From Phoronis australis (Eukaryota > Animalia > Phoronida), in the NCBI GenBank assembly GCA_002633005.1, contig NMRA01000044.1, positions 260,182 through 324,181 on the forward strand: a stretch of DNA of 64,000 bases, in the 5' to 3' direction. The position numbers were made by a program, and so were the translations under genes. This document shows positions 1 through 15,200 of the stretch, in pieces; within the stretch, counting starts at the first letter, position 1, and each line of letters begins with the position of its first letter. The notes under the pieces were generated by a model. The model ran no database searches, was not told the DNA's origin, and worked only from the letters and a program-made list of their open reading frames with translations.

Positions 1-3000
1 TGTTGTAAGATTTAATTGAAATAAATGTTTTTGCATGAATGAAGTCAAAATAATGATAAAAAGAGACAAATAAGAGGAAACTGGAAATCAAATAAGAGAA
101 AATCAAAACCAAAAAAGGGGAAATTCTCTTACTGAGGAAAATTCTAAGCCCTGAGTTATCTTCAAGCAACAACTTTATGGTTATTTTGCTAATTATTACA
201 TATTTCAATTTTACAGAAGAAAAAATTTAAAATATTTTATAATTTAACAAATAAAATAAAGAAAATGACAGCAACTAAATCTTTCCCTAAAATACAGTCT
301 TATACACTAACTGTCAAATAAAGAATCCAGAAATTTAAATCTAAATTCTACAAACATTAAACTAACTTAGATCAGTACCTATCTAAGATCAATATTTATT
401 CTACTCAGGCCAATTTTCCTTGGTGCCTCCTGGCTCATATAAAATCCATTTTTCATCTACCGTTATAAACATTCCGCAAAGCCTTTATCAGCACCCTCTG
501 AACACCTGAGGCTGGCAAACAAAAAATGTGCACTATTCAAGGAAAGATAACAGCAGGTGATATGAGCTCTGCTGGACACACACAAAGACTAAAATTAATG
601 ATAGGTCTTTCGATATCAAAGGCAACGTGTTTATCAATGTTATATCAATGATAGAATAAACGGCGTAATCACAAGAAGCCTTACTTCACCAATAGCTACA
701 TATACGTGGATTGTCCACCAAGGCTTTACGCACACAAGAGCGTTTTTTATGGCATCACCTGTCTCAACAGAGATTGAAAAAATATTTCATGCTCACTAAC
801 CCAACAGAAAGAGATGAAAATTTTCTTAACAATGGTGTTTATTTGACTTTCATGGAAGGGTTGTACCAAGCTACTGCAAGGGAGTGTATGACAAACTCAC
901 TTTAAATAAAACCTGTTGAATGTCAATTTCATGAACAGAAAATTCAAACCGTGTCTCACTTAATTAAAAAATAAAAAAGAAAATCAATTCATTCTTGTCT
1001 TCGTACATTACAAGAAATTATGAAATTAACAAATCACAGTTCATAAACTATAAACCATTTGTTGCTTACTTTCACTTTTCAATCCAAAGAAAACAAAAAG
1101 CCAAAAAACAATCTTGAATTTTCCCAACCACCTATTTGATAATCAAACTGATCAACAGGTGATATCTGGTCCAAGGTAAAAAGTAGAGCAGGTACAAAGT
1201 CACATCCATGATACTCACAATACAGCCAAATACAAAAACACAACGGTCCATATTTCAGCCATCTCAAGTCTTAGTCAAGCAATGACTTCCAAAACGTTTG
1301 TCAAACAAATGTTCTCAATCAAACAATCAAGAGGTTTAAATACAAGTTCCCCACTGTAATCATATAAGGACATGCAACTACAGTGTCATATCCGGACTGT
1401 GACAGGACTGATAAGGACCTCTGACATCACGGGGGTAGTCTCCTGTGTTGAAGGAAGAAATGAACCAGTGAGAGGCAGGAAAGAGACACAGAACAGAGCC
1501 CTTTTGTTGGCTAACAGTGTAGACAAATAGGAAGGAAATGTCTTTGGAGTTGCCTGCATTAAGTACAAGGAAAGAATTATTTTCAAATACCGCTAGCTCA
1601 CATGTCTGGCCCGTTCGGGGAGCCTGGGAGCAATGGTTCCATAGTTGATGTTCTATAGTAAAAATAGGCAGTAATTTGATAACCAAGTTTTCTAATGTTC
1701 AGCATTCGATTTGGCGGCCTGCAGGTCACCAATGCAACCTTAGATTGTGTTTGGCGATCTGGGAAAAATTCCATGTCGCCACGAAGTCACCACTGTGATT
1801 ATCAAAATCAGACAACAATTCCCTTAAAATTCATTTCAAAGTCCATGTTTTCCTAGATTTATTTAATACCTTTGATTCACAATTGTTCCAATTATTGCGT
1901 GAAATCCCCGCATTTGCCACCACGTTTAAATTACAACAGGAAGTAAACAAACGGAAGTCAGAATTGTTCAGCAAAAATCGGCCAAGATCGGCAAAATTCG
2001 TGCCATCAGCCCATGCGGTAATCTGCATGCTATGTTCATCCCTTGTCAGTGGGAGGAATTGAGTTAGAGAATGAAGGTGGAAAAGCAAAAGAAAATGGGT
2101 GGCGCTATTTTTAAAATTTTTGCTTTTTTTTGGTCGACAAACTGTTAAGAAACCTCGGACTTCATTTAATCACCCGAGATTTTCAGTTTTGGTCACCTCA
2201 CATTTCGTTTGGCGTCATGGTTTTTTTGTCAGATTGAATTCCCAATAAGAATAAGACTAAACCATATTCAAATTCACAGACACAGGAAGAGATGATTCCC
2301 TATAGAATTTGAAAAAATTTATAAGTCCCCAAATGGTCCAAATTCTGAGCCCTCTCTAGGAAAGTAGTTATACCATATGAATTACAGAGGAATGGCCCAG
2401 TTTTTAAGGTTGAAGAATATATAAACTGCAGTGCTAAATAAACTACATCACAATAGTCTTTATTACATGGAGGGGAATGAAATAGTGAGACAAGAACTAC
2501 CCCAAACCGAAAACAAGGCTCCACTGGGTTGTGGTGATAATGATAATGAGTTAAATCAATATTTATTCGAGATCACTTGTCTACAGCCAATTAATGTTTA
2601 GTTTAACCAAAAGAGGGCAGCAACATCAGCTCAAAATACCATGAGGAAATTATCTTGTGTTTACAGTTGTAAGTCAGAGATATGAGGCAAAAATCCACAA
2701 AAGCATTCCATTTTCAGTAAAACTAGAACCTATCAATGAGTATCTGGCAACAGCTATCTAAAGAGAGAGTTACGTTAACAGTTCTTCAGTTTTAGACAAT
2801 AATAATTGCTACAATTGCCATATTTCCAATTGTCAGGTACAGTGTACATACAACATTCTTGCAAATGCTCAAAATTTTACCAAAGGTTGTTTGATAATAG
2901 CTTTGTCATATAAACAATGGCAGATGCAAAGTTAAGTTTCCTGAAAAGTTACCTTTGTTGAGAAACTTGAGTCCCAAACTGAAGCACTCTTACCATACCA

Positions 3001-6000
3001 AAAATGATTCTTTTTTCCGATTACAAAAATTTTATATCAGAAATGTTGAACACCTAAAGAGAAAATTCCCAAGAACATTATGAACAACACTACCTGCATT
3101 TAAGTCTCAACAGCTCATGTTTTGTGAGATAAGAAAAACCTTATGTCTGATATCGATCCTCCACCTCTGTGGACAATTCAGTCTTCATTATCAGAAAAGG
3201 AGTCATTATCTAACCTCAGGTCTTCCCTGATTAGAGCTATTTGTTAATTGGTGGACCCTAGAGGCAGAATTCAATTATTTCTGAGTTACCACAGCTGGTG
3301 ATGGCAGTGAATCCCTTGGTACATATTTCCTACAACAGGGGTCTCCTCTTGGACACTAATTCACCACGCTTGAATAGTCCAACAAGATTAAGGTAAAATG
3401 TATGCAACCAGCTTGGACTGCATTGTCCAAGCTTGGCCTACAATATGCAAGCAAGTCATCCCATACCCACTTTTGGAAGAGAGTGCCTGGGTTTTTGCTA
3501 CTTTGGCATTTTTGTGTGTTATTCTACTTGAAATTAAAATCGATTATCAAATTATAAAACTATATCTGTCGTTCCCATGTGAAATTTAGTGGAAGTAAAC
3601 CCGTTATTTTTTCTACTAAAAATTTTATCAGAAAGTTTTGCATTTGGATGCATTTGGATACGATTTACCTGGTATTCCGAATTCCCTCAAATTTGCCTGG
3701 GCTAACACCTGGCAAATTTTATTCATGAGTTACCATGGTTTGTTTACTCAATTAACATTCCTATGGTAACTTTCGCATAAAACCACTTTTGTTGATGCAT
3801 GCGTGTAAGTGAGCTGTCTGCAGTAGTGTCAATGCTCTCCAATAGAAGCGTCAAAAATACCGGTATTCTGGGAGTCAGCAAGAATCATTGCGACACCACG
3901 GTTCATGAAATTAATCCCAGTTATTTGTTTTCCTAAAATATTTTCAGGATTTACATGGGCATGCAGCTATTGATGACCAATAGCTCTACCAAGTCCAGTA
4001 CACTTAGGCATGAACCCTCATTGATTCTTTACTGACAATACACTTCACAAGCACACTCGATATTGACGCGGCAGACGACCAGTTATTGTCCTTCAAATTG
4101 GTTATGACGCACCAATGCCCTCACAACTCTGGCGGTATGATTTGATCACCATTGATCGAGCTGTCCCGCCCGAAATTCACACCTTCAAAGGGAATTAGTT
4201 AAAAGGGCATTTCCTTCCTATTAATGGTCTAAACATTGAAATCACAAAAAGGCTAATTAATTAAAACAAACTGGTCCAAAGTTTTCTTTGCTTGTGAAAT
4301 GACCAACTTATGGTGCCACTGCTATGCAAGTCAACCTGATCGTATAAGAGACCCACTTTCGCAAAATCTTTGTCTCAATCCACATTTTGTGAGATTTTAG
4401 TTTGAATGACCAGAGCTTGAATTCAACATTTTTTGTTAGGGGTTACTCATAAATAACATTTATGACACTGACATAGATTGCTTCTGAAGTCCCACTCCCA
4501 CACAAGACAATGGTCAAAGCAAAGATAAAAACTTGAAACTTGAAAGAATCCCGAAAGGTTTCACCCCCCCCCAAAAAAAACCAAACCAATGAACCTAATG
4601 CATGGGTTTTTAAAGAAGCTGTCAATTGCATAAATTGACAAAAATAATTCTCTGAGAGAAAATAGACAAACTGACAAAGTTGATAAACAGTGTTGTGACA
4701 GTAATTTTTTGCCACTGGTCCTGTCAGTAGCATCAACTGCCCAAAAGATTACTGTGTTTATTCTTTTCCTGTTTACAAATAAATCAATCACTAGTCTGTT
4801 TATAAACACTTTGGATTTTAGTAACATTTAAGACCATAATGCATCTTTAAACACATAGAATTGTTCTGAATGGATGATCTAGGAGTTCAGATCACAGGGT
4901 GCACAAGTAGTTTGGTGCCAAACCCATCAAATCTGACAGGACAGCTCAATTTAAAGGTTGGACTGTCTAAACACTTTGGATGAAGCTCAAATCCTTTGCT
5001 ACCAATGCTATTCCACCAAGCATGGACCAGTGTTTTCATAGAGTCTTTCTACTTTTACAGTACGAAAGTGATTGTTGGAAACTATCTTCCTAACCTGCTG
5101 ATGTGCCTTGTCTGACTTTGAAACAAACGAACAATTTTAGTTATGGAGAAATGTCAATCAATATCATCTACACTAATGGAATTTTGTCGTGAGTCGAACA
5201 TTTTTTTAAAATTTCACATCTTGACCCCTAACATATCAGTAATGGCTGGAAATTTTACCATTAACTTTTTGAACGGTAAAAAGCGATTACAGGCATTAAA
5301 TTTGAAAATTTTCACAACGATAAGTGAAGTTACTCACGCTGCCAGTGTTTCACCATTCCAGCAGTGGATGTTCTTGGAGACATCATAGTAGCTTTCTTGA
5401 GAACACACCAAATCTGCTAAGTTGTGAAAGAATCGTTTTGACGACATCACGTTTTTCGTGAAAACCTCAAACCGCTTGTGCAAGTCTAATGTATCTGTGC
5501 CCAGTGAATGCGACGTGTGACTGGCCGACGGCCGGTGATGTGTCGGATTTCTATTGGTCGAAACTTTAGGGTGCCCGCACTTGTGAATTACCTAAAATGT
5601 AACAATATTTGGGATGCAGAAACAATGATTTTCAGTTACACTCAATGAGGTGCGTGACATGAAAATTAATGTATGTTCTAAATTTATTATATCAAAGTTA
5701 TGACATATCCAGTAACTCAATTCCAAAACAACATTACATTTTTGAAAATCTAGTAAGATGCCAATAATTGCCATGATTTTCAAAGATCAATGTTCGCCAC
5801 AGGCCAAAAAGTTACATTTGAAATATTAATGAGACAGAGCACAAAGACCAAAAAATTATTAATTGCAAAGATTGTCTGCTTTGTTCGGTGCACACTGTGG
5901 CTCTTTTTTTCATAAAAATTAATGATGGAAGGAAAACAGAAACAAAGGTTGAAAAAAATATTAATCAGATACGCCTGCATTGCCGTCTGCTTCGTTAGCA

Positions 6001-8543
6001 GTATGTTATGGTTAATAAGACAGTCAGCCCACATAGAGCCCAAGAGACTGTCAGCGAGTGACTCAAGGGAGTTTACATAGAAATCTGTCGTAAAGTGAAA
6101 GTAATTTCAATTGCCCGACGGAATTATCAGCAGACAGTAGGCAAGATTCTGCTCGGATGATTTTCATTGGCCGGGTATTGATTAATGAAATTATCCAATT
6201 AGCATGCTAGATGAAGGGAGGGTGTTTAAGACAATTAGTTTGAACTCTGTGCAGGAGAACAACCTCTTGACTAGTAAATTTTACATCAAACAGAAATGCT
6301 TCAACACTGAAAAAGCAGAAGTTGGCACATTTTGGTGGTAGCCATGACCAAAAAACCTCAGCAACATGTCGTTTTCAGGGATTATGCAGACTGGACATTT
6401 TCCTTTGAAAATCATGTTTGCGCACACAATCCCTTGTGGCATTCCAGATCTGCCACTGAAAGTTGTTGAAGTGGTAACAACATAAGAACATGGATTTTTA
6501 TTTTATAGTTTTAAAAAATTGTTATCAGTAAGGTTGCAGATCTATTTGGTTTAGTTCATTCAAACAAACTGGAACCTAAGGTACCTTAGTTTATCCATCT
6601 AAGTAGTTTACAAATTCATTGAGAAGATTCAGAATAATCAGAGATTCAGGTTATTTTGCTGAATTGTACATTGTAAACAGAAATATTACAAAATGAGGTT
6701 TCACCAGAATTCATACTGTGCAGAGATCAAGAAAAAATAGTAATCCCCATTCCAATTTTGTGGTCTCATTCCAAATTTACACAAAAATGGTGAAAATGCA
6801 ATCCAAACGTATACAAAAAAATGACACGTCAGAAAACTGATGGCCTCATCATTGCTGAAGTGTCGAACACTTTTTTATTTGGCACTTAATTCACACCGAA
6901 ATTTGGTCAACCTACTTCACTTCCTGAAGAACTCATTAACACAAAAAAGATGCTTAGCTTATTACATTTAAAGCCAACATGAAAATGTACTGACTGACCA
7001 CGCAGAGCTACGGTGTCATATACATCAAAGATGACTTTGGTCATAGCCTGGAAATGTTCTCTTGTTTCAAGTTTGGGAAATTCTCCCAGAACTTATGGTT
7101 AAGTACCGCAGAAATTATGGTTAAGTACTGTTTGTGCATCCACAGGGCTTTCTTACGAAAAAGGCATTCCTATAAGTAACTAGTGCCCTCTAATGGACAA
7201 CCATTTGAACTATAAAGACATCCCAGTTTGAAAATTGGGACTCACATTGGTCATTACCAGATAAATTAAAAAACAAAATTGCCAAAAATTATCATTGTCA
7301 AATTAAATAAAAACAAATCACATTGACCTCACATAAGATCCTACTCACAAAATGAGGTTTCACGAAACAAGGGCACAGACTGGCAGTAAGCCACTTGAGC
7401 GATAGATCATTGGAATATCAAACTACGACCCATAACGGAGACATAAGAACACACCAAATTCAGAAAAAATCCAATACTCAGTGCCAAATTCTCTATTAAT
7501 ATTAAATAGATATTAGGATTTAACAGAAAACGTTTATAAAACAGACAAAATAGGAAGACCAAGTACCAGCATTCCATTAGCAAAAATGTTCTATGCCAAT
7601 TTCAATTACAAATAAGACCTATAGTAATGGTCTTTCTTAAAAACCAAATAGTGTAAGACTTTAAACTTTTAAAGTTTGTCATAACCTTCTAAAAATATTG
7701 GAGTATGCGTGTGCCAGGAGATGTCAGTACAGCATAGACACAACAAGGCAACCGGATTCAGCTGTTCTATTGATCAAAGAGACCCTTAGTCAAAAATGAG
7801 CAGAAATTGTCAACAGAAAAGTGGCAAAACAGCAGAATAAACAAACAGCATGCCATCAAGATAAAAAGACAGACTCGTATGTCAGCCACAGCTTTCCCAG
7901 TCTCAATGGGTCAAACTAAAGTCAATGGAATTGTGTTTCACTTGTCGTTTGAATAACGTTAAAAAATGTGCTCTCTTATACAAGATGGTGTTTGAGCCTC
8001 AGGAAAATCAAATTTCGCAAAAAAGAACTAACTCGGGACCATGAGGGGAGTTGCTATTTGTATTGTATTGCAGAAAAAAAAGTGAAAGACCATCTTGCGA
8101 GAAGCCGATACCAATTTGATGAAATAAAATACTGTATATATACATACAGTTAAATGTAAACTTAAGACCAGTTGCCTCAGGTGGATTTTTCAGAGACATT
8201 CTGTGGAGCCCAGAATGCACACTTTTAAAATTTCTTGTCACTACTTTTTGAACCCTACAGAGTACTTATTTACTTAATTTAAATTGAATGACCGACCATT
8301 TGACAATGGACAGTCAGTTAACACAAACCTCAAAAATATGAAAGTCTGGAAAATTTCTGTTGTAAAAAGAGATGCTTTTGCCAAGTTGTGAAGCCTTCCT
8401 TAAATAAGAGAATTTCATCAGAAAAGGCAACTTTTCCAAGGGATTTTGGCCATGAAAAAAACGACCCATCTGAATGGCATGCCCAGCATGTGCCAGCAAT
8501 GAATAGTCCTGTGCCAAATACATCACACCCCCTCTGTACACAC

Positions 8544-9247
8544 CTGTGAGTAAATCCGTGGTCCAACATCGATAGCGTGCAACACCGCTTCAGATATTCT
8601 GGAGTCAAGTGTCCTCAAAGTGGTCTCTATACTGTGCGATTTCTTCATCTTATCGGTTAGTCGCGCCACTGCGTCCAACATACGATTCCACGGCAGGTCG
8701 AATTCCTGAACTCGAGCCAGACAACCTCGCATGACATTCAAGCAAAAGTTTGTGCACGGCTTGAAGAAAATGTGTCCAGCGCAGTGCGAGCAATACTGCA
8801 TACGTGTCAGAGCTTTCGCACAACTGGGGTCAGGGGTCAAATGCTGAGTTGTGTTGACAACTTCTGTGCCAAGCTTAAGTGTGTCTAGCAAGGTCCTTGC
8901 CGTCCACATCGATCTTGTGAGCAGTGCTGAGATCTTGTTCGGGTAGTCACCGAACGGCGACGGTGAAAGACTTTGCCGTTCTGAACTGAGACACTCAACG
9001 TAGCTGGCAATGTAGTGTGTGGTAGGTGGATCATTCATGATTTTGTGGAATATCGCTGGGAAAAGACTGTCAAAGAATTTGTCCACAGTTTCTATGAGAT
9101 TGACTTCCTTGAAGTTTATGTAGTGATGTAAGTCTCTGTACAGGCCCACCAGAGGATCCAGTCGGTCCCAACTTTTAATGCCATACACTTCTGTGAATAG
9201 GCTGATTGTTCGATTTTCAGCAAATCTGATCAGATCATGGAAGTATT
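8544..9247 (-). CDS. Glypican exon 3 (704 nt), EYFHDLIRFAEN...VGPRIYSQ
   Basis: Acceptor TTTCAG|AA, donor CAG|GTGTGT; contains RMQYCSHCAG...KPCTNFCLNVMRGCLA. Confidence 0.96.
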
Positions 9248-12200
9248 CTGAAATGATATGAAAACAACTTTAAAGTTAAACCCGTTGATAAAACACAATA
9301 CAATACATAAGAGAATATAAAAATATAGTCTGCAATACAGCACATTGCAATTCCAGTCACTAAGTTTCCCTGAACGACTTTACAGACTTTCCAGACTGAA
9401 AAAAGTAAATAATCATTGCAGTGGGGTATGTAATGAAGTAATCAGGCACTCGTTTGAATAATGGTGTGTTCAGTTTATTTTGAAGGATTTCACCCCGTTT
9501 AGCTGGCTAGAAAACAAATTTAAAGTAGGCATTTACTCTGATGAAATCGATCTCATAATATTCTTCACCATGATTCCATAACCAACAAGAACGTCGAAGC
9601 TGCATCAGCAAATGAACAAGATTGAGAGTTCATTGTGGTTGGCCAACCCTAAAATTGCAAACTCACAAATGGCGCATGTGCACACTGGCACATGTACACA
9701 TAGAGAAAAAATGCCAATATCTAGTTCTGCTTTTAGCTAGTTAAACAGAGCAAAATACAGCTTTAATTGAAACGAGCAAAAACAGGACACACATTAGTAA
9801 TTAATTCATAGTGAAATATAATTTCATAATGAAAGTTTCATAATCAGCAGTTATAAAATGGTTCATTATTTAGTGTTATATAGGATCAGATTACTTCAGT
9901 GATAAGGGTCATGGGCCAAAGGTTAACAACAGGTGTCAATAATGGCAGCATGACATGTGACTACCTTAACCACTGCAGGACATTCCAGGCATACTGTCCC
10001 AGTGTCAAATGATAAACAATGTACCACATGTAACAACTTGAAGTAAAGCACCCAGTCAGTGGGTGGAGCATTTAGGTCTTAACCAGGGGGATAATGGCTA
10101 ATACAAATGAGGTGCTAATGTGTTAATTTTCTGCCACCTTGGTGCTAGTAAATTGCTACAACAATGACTCAAGCATGCAAAAATGCACCAACAACTCAAG
10201 TGGAATATGTTTTTTCTTGCTTCTAAATATGTGTTTGTAAGACATCTGTGTGGATGTTAAAGTAAGAAAATAGTTTTCATATGACAGCATCACTCCTCCA
10301 TTCCAGACTGGCTGGGCATCAAAACACTCAAACATTTATCAGGATTTTTCCACAAAACTAGTATGAACTGCAAGATGTAGGCCAGGGGAGATAACTATAC
10401 ATGTTCACACTGATTGACAGACTGAAGCAGCAGCAGACACAACAAGACCAGTAACAGAAGGTATGATTACTATCAATGAGGACATCTTTTTCAAAATGAC
10501 CCAAAACTATGTGCCCAGACACTAATTTCCTCAACTACCACTCAACACCACCTCACACTGTTGTCATCACAATTGACTGTGGACAGGTGATGATCAACAC
10601 GCATTATCAAATTCTACAACTTTCAGACACCAATTTACCTAAGTGGCCACTGGGATCACTTATGGATGCTACAGCAGCCATTAGAAAAGCTGATTTACAC
10701 TATAGGAAGTATGTTAATGACTTCATAACACCAACACGTGACTTGTGACTTAACAATTTCCGCCTGGTTAAAGTGAAATGAAATAAGGTGACTTACGCTA
10801 TATTTCATGTATAATGGATACTGTTCAAAACATACACAGTTTAATATATCAGGAGTGGGAACTAGCGAACATAAAATATCATTGCAGGCGATCAGAGATT
10901 TCTTTCCCAGTAAAGCTGCACTTGAGCTGTCACTTTAAACGTGGTACTGGTTAATGCCAACTTTGTTTTCTCATTTTAAACATATTTCATATTCTTAACT
11001 GAAGAGCAAAAACCAAAATTTGATCTGCGACATACTCACAGGTAACAGTCATTGTTGGTTCACGTGACTGACCTATTTGTGAGTGGAATTTCCTGCACAC
11101 CACTTTCGAAAATTCTGGGTTGACGAACTTAAATTAAATAGACAATTTTTCGATGCATTTCATGACCTGTCGAGCATTTGTATGCTCTTCTTGGCAACAG
11201 CAAAATTTTGAGGCCGATCTTTTTAATCAGTGAAAGACCCATTCAATTTTCCTTTTTGGACAGCTTAACAAGGCTAAATGTAGCTTCAATCAACTAGGAT
11301 CCCTTTCATTGCTTATCATTCACCTTTTGCACGCTATGAGGGTTGTCAAAACTTGCAATTATTTAAAGCTGCCCTTAATCCTGCTGTCCAGTATACTGAA
11401 TTGTTAACCAAAGCGCTTTAGGGCTTAAAAACATCACCATGCTCACCTATGTAGCAGACCACTAGCACTAGATTTTTTAACCCAGCGACAACTCATTCCA
11501 GGAGTAAGGTGTTCTAGAACAACTCAGTGTCGATGGCACTTAAATTAGTGGCTCTTCTACCTTTTGAAAACTAAGTCAAACATATAAGGTGATTTTCTAC
11601 CTCCACAAAAGAGGAGAGTTGAATCCGGGAGATGGGAATTTAGTAAACACGGGGTTCTAACTTTGTGCTGGAAATAAACACTTACAGGGGTCCCGAATAT
11701 AAGAACCAGTTAGATGTTTGTCATTCAGTGCTGTGAAGAACACTGGCTGTGAAAATGTGGAACCCTGTAAGTGACTTATTACTTTTAAGGGCCTTTCATA
11801 CTAACATCGACGCGTTGATGGTTTGGGGAGTTGCAGTCAGTATGAACGCTTAACTCCGGTCCTGGATCGCAGTTAACAGCTCCAGTTAACATCGCAGTTA
11901 ATAGGTGGATTTAATAGCGCAGCGTCGACGCTGCGGTGCAATATGAACGCTTAACTCCAGTCCAATCGAAGTTATCGCCAGGTGCCACTGTTATCATCAA
12001 CAGTTACAAGTTAGTGCCGTCACTAATAGCTGCTTATATTTTGCTCTGATAATAACCAATCGATTTAAAAATAACTTTAATGTCACTTAGCACATGTAAA
12101 TATTTCCAAATTGAAACATTGAAAAAATCTTAGCGTGCAACGCTACCTTGCGATAACTTCGATGACGACAGCGGGACACCACCACTTACTTTGATGTTCA

Positions 12201-15200
12201 TTAACTACCGAAGCCGGTATGAAAGGTCCAGTTAACTGCGCTGTTTACGTCGACGCTCCCCTCAGACCGGAGTTAAGTCAATATGAAAGGGCCTTTAGAG
12301 TCTCCCAAGTGAGAGTGCAACACTCAAACCTACTGCACATTTCTGTTCTAAGTAATGAAACCATGCTTTAAGTAAGTCACAAAAAATGCTTTTAAAACCA
12401 CTTCAATGCAAAGGAAACAAATGCCTCCTCCACAAAATCCCAGGCCAAAATTAAGCAGGGAAGGACATTAAATCTGCCAAAGAACACATAAAGGGGATTT
12501 ATGCAATGCTCTTGTCAATTTAATGTTGACAGTGATGTTCTGTGAGGAAAACCAGACCAGTCATCTGTACTGAGAGGAACTGACAGAGATGAGTCTCCAG
12601 GTTTTGGTCAGTCACTTACAGGGGTCCCTGATTTCGAGAAGTTTGATTTTTTTTTAATGTTTATTTCGAAATCTTCAGAATACAATGAATATACATAACC
12701 CAGAAAGCGCCAAGAGGCATTAGATCTGGGTATGCCCATTATTCAGAAGAGAACCCCCTCCAGCAGTTCTAAAAGTGGTCATTGCTTGTGTCATAAAGTA
12801 CATTATCTTCAAAAATTATACTGCAGTAAAAATTATTTGATTTGGGGACAAAAATAACTGTTCCTGTTACCATTTTTTATTTTTGTAAATGCTGTTTGGT
12901 ACCTATCAACCAAACTACATTCTAAGTTCTGTAATATTCCTTTAAAATTTGTATTTCAGTTTATCCCTATATTGTATCCACAAAGAAATCATGCCATCCT
13001 ATATTTTAGTAACAGCATGCATGTGAAAATCACCAATCCTGGTTGCATATGATAACAGTAACATTCAATAATTGCAAGAGGCAGTGATGGAAAATCAATT
13101 ATTTTCCCTTAAACCTGGAAACAGGTTGATGACTAGGTAACAAATGGAGAGAGTGTTTGAAATGTATATTGGTAGAGTATAAAAAAAATGGAAACCAACT
13201 GACAATGAAAAGTGGCCATCTCTCACATCTGGAAATGTGAAATATTTTCTGACTCATTTCAGGGTACCAAATTAGAATTCTTAATGAGTTTTCACAGTAA
13301 ATTGAAACCACTTTCAAGTAGGAATTTTTTTTCAACTCTTACTTTCCCCATGATCACAATTCCACACATACTGGAGAAAATTGTTCACAACTGAAAATTA
13401 CTACAAAACAGGACACAAGCAGTTTTTGCACTCACTTCAAAGTAATTACCGGCTGTTATTTCAGCCTTTTAGTGTAGCATTTGCAAAATTTCAGCCACTA
13501 CCATTCACAAAACTCAAGGCCTATTCATGTTATTCTGCTGATGGAGTACCAACTCTGAAGGATGGGACCCACGCTGAATTTCATTGCTTTAATTCACAGC
13601 AGGAAAATGTTTTCTTATTGGCAACATAAGCTACTGTCCCATTAGAGATGGACCAGACTAGTTTGTGGCAGGAATAATTTTGATTAGCAAAATAACCAAT
13701 GGTGGTAACTTACTACCTGTTCCACAGGACTGGATTAAAATTTTTGTAGTCATAAATATGAACATGAGAGGCTGGGCATTTAAGGCGTTTTCTTGTCCAA
13801 GCAACACAATAGTCAAGATGCTAGTCAAGATTTATTTCTGAGAACGATTTTAAATGGCCTCAAGTATGGGACATTCATGTCTACCACAAACTCGCAGTTG
13901 GACTGAACACGTTACGCTACCGTTTGTCATATCAAGCAAAGACGACTACAAAATTTCTATGAACTTTGTGGAAGCATGTGTATTTTCGGTCGGAGTCTTC
14001 ATATGGCAAACATGTTCTCATTGTCTGTATTGAGGCGGCTTTCGAGTACTAAAAAACTTACATACCCAACTACCTAGTATGTAAGGCAAGCAAACACAAA
14101 TGGGGAATGGGGTAAAAATTAAAATAATCTTTAATTTGAAAACAGGTCAAAGTTTTTGGAAACCTTTTAAGGTACACTTTTAAGTAATCAATTTCGGTTT
14201 TGATAACAACTGTATTGTCGATAAACACAACAAAACCAAGATGAAAACCACAGGTGATAGGATCAAGCAATGTTGGACGGTCGAGATAAAAATCCTGTCT
14301 AAACCGTTCGCTCTGCGCTTACGTAATCGGAATAACTTTAATCCATTCGCCAATCCGATACTTTTCAACTGCTTTAACTTTGGTGCGGTCCAAAATTTAG
14401 ACCAGTCTAAATCACCTTTCGCACTGGGGCTTCAATTCTTAAGGTCGCGATGTAATGTTACAGAAGTAATCCTCAGTTCTAACCCCTCAGTGGGAAAGGA
14501 TAAATAAATATCCCAATGACATGAATATTAATGATCCCAAATACACATAGGGGAAAAGGTAATTTGATATTGAATTAGAACAATAGAAAGGATGATGTAT
14601 GTACCATGCTATTAATGCCGACATGCTACTGTACTAGGAATGATTTTAACCCAACTCGGTTCATTATAACCCAGATCTTCATTTCAAGATCTACTTAAAA
14701 TAACATATATTTTTATTCAAGAGGAAACTTAGCACATAACTGCAAATTCCTTTACTAAATAACACAATTCTTACAAAATGGATAACAAACGTTCACTTTA
14801 TTGAAATGATTAGTTGCTAAGAATTTTGTAACATAAGCACTGTTTAAAACAACTGCACTTTGATACCGTAAACTCACGGGTTAAAGCCCTGGGCGCTTAA
14901 ATTGGGAAAACCTAAGACAGGGCGTGGGCGGTTACCCCAGCAGTGGGCTTTTAAATTGAAAGCAGAAAATTTCCACAGAACAGCCAAATAACCAAGAAAT
15001 ATTGTTCCTGGAAGTCTGCGTGTGAATTTCGTCTTGATATCAAAATATTCTCAAATATAAATCGATGAAGTACCCAACGAATCGCTGAACAGATATATCC
15101 AAACCAGTAGGTTGCCCAACGGGATGGTCATCCCTCAGAACACCTGCTGAGTATCACACACTTGAGTACATTGAGACCTCATGAAGGAGAGAAGGCAACC

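Noticed and set aside
1-8543. Glypican exon 4 or later exons
   Set aside because: No acceptor-flanked open frame with the expected CGxP or later motifs was seen; the candidate near 3260-3330 ends in a stop codon.
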